Shown piece after piece: positions 54,619 through 64,000 of a stretch of DNA of 64,000 bases. This DNA is from Octopus sinensis. Taxonomy: Eukaryota. The translations under genes and the position numbers were made by a program. The stretch is taken from contig NC_042997.1 of NCBI RefSeq assembly GCF_006345805.1, positions 98,394,001 to 98,458,000 of the forward strand, given 5' to 3'. The first letter of the stretch is position 1, and every line of letters starts with the position of its first letter. The notes under the pieces are model-generated. The model saw only the letters and a list, made by a program, of their open reading frames with translations, did no database searches and was not told the DNA's origin.

Positions 54619-56196
54619 TTATTAAAAAAGTATAACGGGGGGGGGGTACACATATAAACACAGATATTTACTCATACATACGCATACACATATATACATA
54701 TACATACATACACAGACACACGTATAATCATAAAGCGGATACATAGATAAGTAAATAAGGAAAAAAGCTAAAAATAGACATATATAGAGATATAAATTGA
54801 TAAAATAGGGGTAAACATAGGAGTAAGAATAAGGGTAAGAATAAAAATTAGAAATAAAAATAAGAAATAAAATATAAAAATGAGAAATAAAATATAAAAA
54901 TTAAAGTAAAGAATAAAAATAAAATAAAATAAAGTGTTAAAGGTGACCACGTAGGGGCGGGCGGGGTATGTGTGTATATGTGTATATATATACATATATA
55001 TATATACATATATGTGTGTATATATATATGCGTATGTGTGTGTGTGTGTATATATATGTATATGTATATTGTCCGTGTATATATATATGCATATTCTGTT
55101 AAAATCTTTTGCTCGCAAGTTTCTTACGTTCATGTCTACCTAATGTACCCACTATGACTCCGTATCTTACCCGTGTGCAAGAACGGATCCTTTTGTTATA
55201 CCTGTGTCTGTGCATATGCATGCCTTTGTGTATAGGCATAGGGATCTACTCCCCCATGTGCGTGGGGGTGGACGCGAGTGCAGGTGTATACATATTCCTG
55301 CCCACACGCATAGAGATTCACTTCGTTTTGTACATGCGTGTAAGTGCGAGTGTGCCTATATGAACGCATGTGAGTGTATGTATGTACGTACGTGTGCGCG
55401 TCGGTTCGTGTACCCAACTACATGCGCCTTTTTCCATATATATCTGTATATGTTTACACGAGAGTACGTATGTATGCTTGTATGCGTGTAGTTGCGTATG
55501 CGTGCGTATATGTGCGCGTGTATATGGGTGTATGTATCCATGCGTGTACGTATGTACATGATGACCACTTAATACGTTACGAAGAACTAGATAAGCGGCT
55601 CAACAACTCTAATTTACTAGACACCCAAGACTTCTACAACCAGAATTAGTCATTTTCCTGACCACCATGTTTGGTCCGTAACTACTATATATCCCTTATC
55701 CTTATATTCTTTTACATTCCTACACTCTTATACCCTTTATACTTCTGATAATATTTTTATATTTTAAATTTTTTAAATTTTAAAATTTTAAAATTTTTTT
55801 ATAACTTTATACCTTTATATTCATTTATATTTGTTTATATTTTTTTTATATCTCTTTATATCTTTATACTCTACATTTTTATATTTTTCTATACTTACAC
55901 TTTTTATATATTTTTTTATCCTTCGTCCTGAATTCTCGCCCCTCCATCTTTATCCCTATTTGCTCTTATTACCAGGTTCCTTCACGTCTGTCTGTATTTA
56001 TATATGTATATATTTATTTATTCATTTATTTATATTACCTCAACATCCAAACTTCCTCATTCTACATTGAGAGAAGGACGAGATGGACGCTTCATTTTTA
56101 GGCTGTTGCCGCATTATGTCGTACGCGAATGAGAGGATTTGCATCCCCAACGTAGAATTTTTGATGTAATACATGTCCTTGAGGTAGTAGTTGTGC

Positions 56197-56274
56197 GCGG
56201 CTGAAGAAGGCCATAGAGACACATTATGCATTGTTATAAATCCGTCTAATAAAGGCCCGAAACATATGTACCGC
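56197..56274 (+). ncRNA. Minimal type I hammerhead ribozyme
   Basis: gcgg-CTGAAGA-aggcc...ggccc-GAAAC-atat-GTA-ccgc. Confidence 0.88.
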
Positions 56275-56307
56275 TGAATCCTTGGCATCATGTTTTTATT
56301 TTAATCA

Positions 56308-56406
<99 letters not shown>

Positions 56407-56408
56407 AT

Positions 56409-56700
56409 GTGGAGGCGCAATGGCCCAGTGGTTAGGGCAGCGGACTCGCGATCGCAGGATCGCAGTTTCGATTCCCAGACCGGGCGTTGTGAGTGTTTAT
56501 TGAGCGAAAACACCTAAAAGCTTCACGACGCTCCGGCAGGGGTTGGTGATCCCTGCTGTACTCTTTCACCACTCTTTCTTCTGTTGGCCTGCTCGCTTAG
56601 CCAGCGGGGTGGCGTCATTCGAAGGCTAAAACAATGCGAACGCATTGTGACCAGCGATGTGTAACAATATATGATGGTCTGGTCGGTCACGGTGATCACG

Positions 56701-56744
<44 letters not shown>

Positions 56745-56764
56745 CGTGATCACCGTGACCGACC

Positions 56765-56799
<35 letters not shown>

Positions 56800-57099
56800 A
56801 TACATATGTGGAGGCGCAATGGCCCAGTGGTTAGGGCAGCGGACTCGCGATCGCAGGATCGCAGTTTCGATTCCCAGACCGGGCGTTGTGAGTGTTTATT
56901 GAGCGAAAACACCTAAAAGCTTCACGACGCTCCGGCAGGGGTTGGTGATCCCTGCTGTACTCTTTCACCACTCTTTCTTCTGTTGGCCTGCTCGCTTAGC
57001 CAGCGGGGTGGCGTCATTCGAAGGCTAAAACAATGCGAACGCATTGTGACCAGCGATGTGTAACAATATATGATGGTCTGGTCGGTCACGGTGATCACG

Positions 57100-57138
<39 letters not shown>

Positions 57139-57168
57139 TATATATATCACCGTGATCACCGTGACCGA

Positions 57169-57170
<2 letters not shown>
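56409..57170 (+). mobile_element. Tandem pair of tRNA-derived SINEs (~399-bp period), each ending in a hairpin
   Basis: A box tggcccagtgg, B box ttcgattcc; SINE bodies look identical; 24-bp inverted 3' end across (TA)n. Confidence 0.9.
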
Positions 57171-57213
<43 letters not shown>

Positions 57214-57469
57214 TATTCAGATATACACCTTCATGTATATATGTATATATAGCTATATAGTTATATATATATATGATTGATGATTTTGATGATTTTCCAG
57301 TTTCAGCTAATGTCCTTGAGGTAGTAGTATATAATTAAGAGAAATAATCTCTATGAAATAATTCAATTGATAGTGAAAGATATTATCTATATTGAATCGT
57401 GTAGAAAAATTTAAATATGTTATGATAAATATAATTCTAAAAATCACTAAATTAAATAAACATTAAATT

Positions 57470-57577
57470 GACTACGCGCGTTTCAGGACTAGATCTCGAT
57501 GACAATAAAAGTGATACGATTAAAATTCATTCGATTTAAAATTAATTACATTTAAAAATATAGCCACTCTTCAGGTC
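57470..57577 (-). ncRNA. Hammerhead motif with long stem II loop
   Basis: gac-CTGAAGA-gtggcta...tagtcct-GAAAC-gcgc-GTA-gtc; palindromic stem III acgcgcgt. Confidence 0.72.
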
Positions 57578-58379
57578 TAAAATAATAAAATAAATGTATT
57601 TTAAGATATAATAATTATAGAAATATGCGTATCATAACAATAAATAATAGAATAACATGTGACAATATTGATGAAAAATATAATCATAACTTATATTATT
57701 GAAGAATACCAGTTAGCTGAAATTTTAAACGTTAAACACAGAACCTAGCGTTGCTAAGAAATTTATCACGTGAAAACATGACGTAAATAATAACTATAGA
57801 ATAAATAAATAGAAATATGTATGTTAGCTGTTAAAATAACAATATGTATTTTAGCTGTGAAAATAAGAAATAAACTAGATGTAATATACCATTAATGGAG
57901 AAATTCTAAATTCTCAATAGGATACATTCGAAGGAATTCAAGGAAGGAGAGGAAGCGGAGAAAGAAGAAGAAGAAGAAGAAAGAAGAAGAAGAAGAAGAA
58001 GAAGAAGAAGAAGAAGAAGAAAACAAAAGAAAAATATAATCAGCAATTCAACCGAGAGCGGCGACTACTACAGACCAACGACCAAAAAAGACTGCTAGAA
58101 GAGAAAGAGGAAAAAAGGCATAATAGCCGTTTATACTAAAGATTCCGAACTAAACAGAGACAGTCATTGATAAAGACTGCACAAAAAATTGACGAAATTT
58201 CGGATAAATTTACCAACTATAGTATGTATGAAGTCTCAAATAAGACTCATAGAATTTTACAGAACAAATATCGTAAGACAGTATTTCCAATGAGAATGGA
58301 CTTTAATAAGTTCTATATTTCATGGATTACCGCCCCGATCTCGCGAGAAAAATTCAAATTGAAAAGGAAAATCATCTTT

Positions 58380-59197
58380 ATGGCTATTCACAATGGTCTT
58401 TTGAATGTATGTGGCCTGATGTCGAACTGGAAGCAGGGACACTTCCTAAACGACATCAGTTTACGGGATTTAGATGTAATTTTTGCTACAGAAACCTGGT
58501 TGAGAGAGCCAAGAGATCTGCTCACCCTCCTGGACGGCTACGGGAATTAGTTACTTCAGATGGTGGTACGTCCTAAAACGAGCCATAAAATATGATTCTA
58601 TTAGATAAAGCATAGGTCTAGTTAAAAGGGAACGTAAGAAAAGAAATGGTCTAGTTAAGAATTTAGAGGAAGTCCTCAGGACTGGCAAGGCGTACAATTG
58701 GCTGTGAAGGAATCAAGGCCACTGGATGGGCCCGAGCGGCGGAAGCTCAACGTTGAAATGACTCCACTATTCGGTCTATGGTGAATCATCAAGGTGTATT
58801 CGTAAAGGAACTCGAGGAGATGTGTGAGGCCTTTCAGGAGTAATTCGCCTGGCTGTTCGGGGGTGGCGCCTGGCCGGATGGTAGAGGATACCTTGAGGAC
58901 TTCCTTGCCGGTTTACCGCGCATCTCAGGGCCGCATGCGGAGTCTTGTGAAGGGCCGATCATGCATGGGGAGGTGATTGAGGCTATGGCAGACTGTCGGC
59001 GTGAGTAAGTTGCTGGAACTGGATGGTCTTCTCAACGAGCTGTATAAGTGTATGCCAGACTTGTTCGGGTACCTACTGGCCAATGTGTACGTGAACTGGT
59101 AACAGACTGGGTTTATTCCCAGATCTGTACGGCGGGGAATGGTGACACTGGTCAGAAAGGACCCGGACAAGGACTGTTTAGATAATTTCAGGCTCAT
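58380..59197 (+). mobile_element. Deleted, decayed Tx1 ORF2 fragments
   Basis: NVCGL..WKQGHFLNDI..ATET; later GLDGL.NELY..MPDLFG.LLA.VY.NW, KDPDK..DNFR. Confidence 0.8.
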
Positions 59198-59360
59198 AGG
59201 AAGATTCGTCCGAGAAAATATCATTCCTCCACTGCTCGAGGGACCAATTCTGTAGGTTTTACTCCACTCTAAACGCTTTGCAACGTTTGATTTTGAAAGT
59301 GGTGCTTTTCTGATTGCAGTCCTCCCGCGAAATCCGGCTTTGTGCAGCTCCCTGTTTAAT
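59198..59360 (-). mobile_element. Tc1 transposase fragment
   Basis: ELHKAGFRGRTAIRKAPLS..KRLEW followed by IFSDES. Confidence 0.75.
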
Positions 59361-59449
59361 TCATGTGAAGGAATACAACAGGGACGGTAAGACAAATGAT
59401 TTGTAAAGAGTCAGCTTTGTATTCTTATTTATACGTCACTGGCACCAAA

Positions 59450-61760
59450 CGCGTGACTCCAAGTCACCAAATGCTTTTGCTGACCTTTGAATACGCAGCT
59501 GTATTTCTGTATCAAGATTTCCATAATTTTGAACAGATCTTCCAAGGTAGATGAACGAATCAACAACCTCAAATAACTTTCCCTTAATGAAATTTTAGTG
59601 TCCGTGGTTACAAACAGGACCACGCGCCGGTTGATGCATTACGACTGTTGATGGTCAAGCCAAAATCACCATAACCCGAGCCATCGTCAGCGTACAAATG
59701 TTCCATAATAAGTGAAGTAAAAACCTTGGTTTTCAATTTCAGGCTGGTCAGATTAAAAACATTCCCTGTTGTTCGATATTTTATGTAAATACCCTCCTCA
59801 GAGTTTTGAAAAGCATGTGACAACACAAAGAGGGTGAGTGCAGCAAGGTCTACTTGATTTAATCCAGTTTCCACTGCAAAAGATTCAGAGAGTCTATCAC
59901 AAATTTAACTCTAGCTTTCATATCTTGATGCAAAGCTCTGATCATGTTTACAAATTTTTGTGGGCAACCTATTTTTCTTACAATTAGCCACAGTGCATTT
60001 CGATTAACAGTATCGAGTGCTTTGCTCAAATCAACAAAGCAATGATATAGAGCACTTTTCTTGTAATTGTCTAACAGTAAATATACAATCAGCTTTGTCC
60101 CTGGAGGAACGAAAACCACACTTAGACCCAGACACTATATTTGGAACTGTAAACGTATTTAAACGTTCTAACAAAATGCAGGCAAGTACTTTTCCAATCA
60201 CAGACAAAGGCGAAATCCCACGAAAACTACCACACAGATTCTTTGACCCCAATTTATACAAGGAGACTAAAATGGCATCAATCCAATCTTGAGGAACTAT
60301 CTCAGTTCTCCAAAAGTGACAAATGAATATATTCAAGAGTTCAAATTATTTTGTCACCCCCATATTTCAAGACTTCTGCACAGATTCATCACGCCCTGGA
60401 GACATATTGTTATTCGATTTATTCACAGTTAAATAAAGCTTATTTAGAGTTGGTTCAAAAGTCATCTCTTCTATAACTGGAAGGTGTTCAATTTTTTCTA
60501 CCGTCCTCATGTCAACGGTTGATGGTCTATTCAAAAGTGCGGAATAATATTCTACCAAACGCTTAGAAGAGGTGTCAGAAGAAAACGTCCATTTGATGTT
60601 CTCACTGGAGCTATTGAAGTCGATTTTGGGCCATATACCTCCTTAATATAAAAGTACAAACCGTTGACATCATTTCTGTCAGCTGCTTCTGTTCCCCTTT
60701 TGCTCTATCATTCCACCATTCCTGTTTAATTTTCCTTAGAGCAGTCTGCAATTTCCTTTTCAGCTTTCTGTAAGTTTCGTTTGAGTTGAGATTCAAGGAC
60801 TGAGAAAGAAGTGTATTGCCTAAGTTTTGTTTATTCTAAAAGTAGATCATAAATTTCTGCTGATCTATCTGAGAACCAGTCACTGGACTTATGTGATTTT
60901 AATCCCACTGATGAACTTGCAGTCTGAAATACTTTTGTTTTGAAATCTACCCATCAATTGTTTGGGTCAAGTTTGATACTTTCTATAGCATCGTGGAATT
61001 TTTGCAAGTTGCTTGATAATTTAAAGTTAGCAACATTTAACCTTTTGGATACTTTAGGACCAGACTGTCGATTTTTAGGCATTATCGTAAAATCTATTTT
61101 TCACGCACTAGATGATGGTCATACCAGCTCTCTGCCCCTCTCATTGCGTGAACGCTGGAAACGTCTTTCATATCACGTTTTCTGATAAGAATATAATCTG
61201 TGAGATGCCAGTGCTTAGATCTTGGGTGCATCCAAGTGGTTTTATATATATTTTTCTCCTTAAACAGAGTGTTGGTGACAAACAGATTATTCTCAGTACG
61301 AAACGTTTGAAGAGCTACTCCATTTTTATTGCATTTTCTAATCCTATATCGACCTAAAACAAGCCATGAAACATAGTCCTTTCCAACTCTTGCGCTGAAA
61401 TCTCCCTTTATTACCAGCTAGTCAGAAATTGGTATTTTTCTCAATAATTGTGCTAGATCATCATAAAACTGTCCTACAGTTTCATCAGAATGGGACATTG
61501 TTGGTGTATAAATACTGATAACGGTAAGAAATCCACCTTTTATCAGTTTAAAACGGCATGACATGATCCGTTCAGATTTACAACTTGGAAACTCAGCAAT
61601 GGAGGATACTAATGTATTCTTGAGAGCAAACTCCACACCATATTCTCTTACGCTGTCCTTTAGGTAGGCCTCTCCAAAAGATAATATATTCATAAGTAGG
61701 TTAATTTACTTGACCTTCACCAGAGAGACGAGTTTCAGAGATCGTAACTATATCAAGACC
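59450..61760 (-). mobile_element. Decayed RTE-clade LINE
   Basis: GVEFA..ERIM..ISIYTPT (APE); PQDW.DA..LYK.G..FRGIS.LS, FVDL.KA.DTV.R, LYADD (RT). Confidence 0.85.
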
Positions 61761-62042
61761 GAACACAACCCCGGTCTGATCTAAATGCTCTGAATCAATG
61801 GGCAGGCAAAAACAAAATGCAATTAACTAGGGAAAATTTGAGCTGATGCATTTTGGAAGAAAGTCTATAATATAACAGCCATACTCCCTTCCTTCAGGGG
61901 AACCGCTCACAGCATCTAATAATATCAAAGATCTAGTTGTAATTGTTGATAACAATTTCAGTTAGAGAGCCTACATTAACAGTAAGCTCGATATAGCTCG
62001 TAGGATTAGCTCCTGGATCTTAAGAACCTTCCGGTCCAGAGA
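61760..62042 (+). mobile_element. CR1/L2-group RT C-terminal fragment
   Basis: W...MQL..GKFELMHFG, KDL.VIVD, SWILRTFRSR. Confidence 0.7.
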
Positions 62043-62224
62043 AAAGGTGAAAAAACGGTATGGACGATTTGTTTTGGAGTCTAATAATACCATGGAGGCC
62101 TATGAAGATTTACAAACATACTTTCCCAATGATACTCGGTTTACCTACCATTATAAACAATACCAAATGTTTTTTTCTCAAACCTTTTATAATGTGATAC
62201 AAGACTTTGGTGTAGCAATTGCAC

Positions 62225-62317
62225 GCGGCTGAAGAAGGCTTTTGATCTATCTGTTATATCGATTATGCATTGATGTAAGAATAAGTTGTTCTATAAAGCC
62301 CGAAACATATGTACCGC
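62225..62317 (+). ncRNA. Minimal type I hammerhead ribozyme
   Basis: gcgg-CTGAAGA-aggcttt...aaagccc-GAAAC-atat-GTA-ccgc; compensatory stem II change relative to the 4124 and 56197 copies. Confidence 0.88.
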
Positions 62318-62454
62318 AACATCTTTTACGTCCTGTTTTTCATGTATTTCATTTGATACATATATCCTATCACCTATGCTACTAGCTGGCATATACAGGT
62401 GCTTACATTTATCAAGTATTCGCCCTGAATTTATTGTACCTAACTTACATACAT

Positions 62455-62517
<63 letters not shown>

Positions 62518-63104
62518 CATGCATATATGCGTACAGGACGACAAGGAATGTGCAACAAACGAGAAACGCCAACATAAAAACAAAAACATGGAAAACTTTT
62601 GTCGAACATTGAAAGAAACAAATAGAGAAACGAGACAGGCAAAATAAAGAAGAGCCCCTCCATCAGTTTTCCCCTGTTTTATCAACATATATATATATAC
62701 ATATATATATACACACACATATATATACATATATATATACATATATATATACATATATACACATATATTTATCCTTCGAAACGTTTAGTAGATGAAATCT
62801 TAGCGACTGAAGAAGGGGATTTTTCGTTGTGCTTATTGTCCTGTATCTCTCCCTTTTTTTTGCTTGTCTTGTTCCTTGGTTTGTGTCTATGTGTTTCGTC
62901 TCTCTATGTGTTCGACGTCTTTTTGGTGTCCTGTACACATATATGCGTGTATATGTACATGTAGAGGTAGGTACGTACATATATGTTTATATATATGCAT
63001 ATATTCTATTTTATTAACATATATATACATATATATATATATAGATATTTATACATATATATATATATGTATATACATACATATATACATATGTGCATGT
63101 ATAT

Positions 63105-63139
<35 letters not shown>

Positions 63140-63173
63140 TTATCTATTTATTTATTTATATTCATATATATGT

Positions 63174-63600
63174 ATGCAGTAATATACATCTGGAAAATCC
63201 TGGAGGGTCTTGTCCCGAAATTTGGCATTGAAAGTTACCCCAACAACAGAACGGGGCGCCACTGCATGGTGCCAAAGATCCCAACTTCACCATCAAAATA
63301 CAGGACCAGATACTGCAACAGCTTGGGTTTCAGGGGATCACAGCTCTTCAATATCCTTCCTAAATGCCTGAGAGACCTGCATCGTGTGGATATGGGTTTC
63401 TCTCAAACTAAACTGGATCTCTTCTTGCCAGGGTGTTCCAAATAAACCTAACTCTCGGCAGGAAACATAGATGCGGGCAGCGGCGTTGAACCCCCTTGTT
63501 GACCAAGTGCCACGTATCAGAGGTAGTTTCACATACTAGTGTAGCTCATACAGCGGTGGTGCTCCAGCATGGCCGCAGCTTTCGAGCTGAAACATTTTTA
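63174..63600 (+). mobile_element. CR1/L2-group LINE 3' end with a SINE-shared tail
   Basis: [32 protein letters not shown]; the tail gcggtggtgctccagcatggccgcag..ctgaaac matches the 3' end of the 17937 SINE. Confidence 0.75.
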
Positions 63601-63602
63601 GG

Positions 63603-63644
<42 letters not shown>

Positions 63645-64000
63645 CAAGGAAAAATTGTAAAAATGCAGAATGCTAGATTGAAAGAAAATTTTAATGAAAT
63701 GAGAAATTGAAAAAATATATAAATATATATTTATTCAAACCGGTTTTCGTCATAGTGTGACTTATCAAGAATAGTTATGTAACAAAATTTTTTTTTTTAA
63801 ATGAGAAAGGGGAAAAAAAGTTGCATTGTTTTTTGCAAAAGAATAATAATAAATATGTACAAAAATTTAAAAATAAGTACTCCGATACATTGTGAGTTCG
63901 TTGTGTATCTTGAGTTTAATGATTGTTCACGAAAAAGTTACCTTGAGGTATTAGGATCCGATGGGATTAAGACCATGTGTTGTTTGGTTTAATTAAGGAC

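Larger units (their letters stand above)
53064..56300. mobile_element. Head-to-head pLTR-like copies forming a ~1.05-kb inverted repeat
   Basis: 53064-~54150 is the near-identical reverse complement of ~54965-56019; homologous to 2700-4230; ends in an HHR. Confidence 0.88.

Overview
This is AT-rich, repeat-saturated eukaryotic genomic DNA. I infer a cephalopod (octopus-like) origin from recalled SINE families and microsatellite composition; this is not verified. Only two credible host coding regions are present: paralogous single-coding-exon genes on the - strand (5824-6804 and 51045-52022) encoding ~326-aa type II membrane proteins that look like glycosyltransferases. The rest is nested, mostly dead mobile DNA: Penelope-like elements (PLEs), L1/Tx1, R4/Dong-like, CR1-like and RTE LINEs, a gypsy RT scrap, mariner/Tc1 and Chapaev-like transposons, MITEs, tRNA-derived SINEs and (TA)n/(AAT)n tracts. 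The main signal absent from the ORF track is about ten minimal hammerhead ribozyme (HHR) motifs on both strands, mostly in PLE terminal repeats. They include covarying copies, core variants, a permuted candidate and one module placed behind a tRNA-like Pol III promoter. There are also several large inverted repeats. All family assignments come from reading motifs by eye; no searches were run and element boundaries are approximate.
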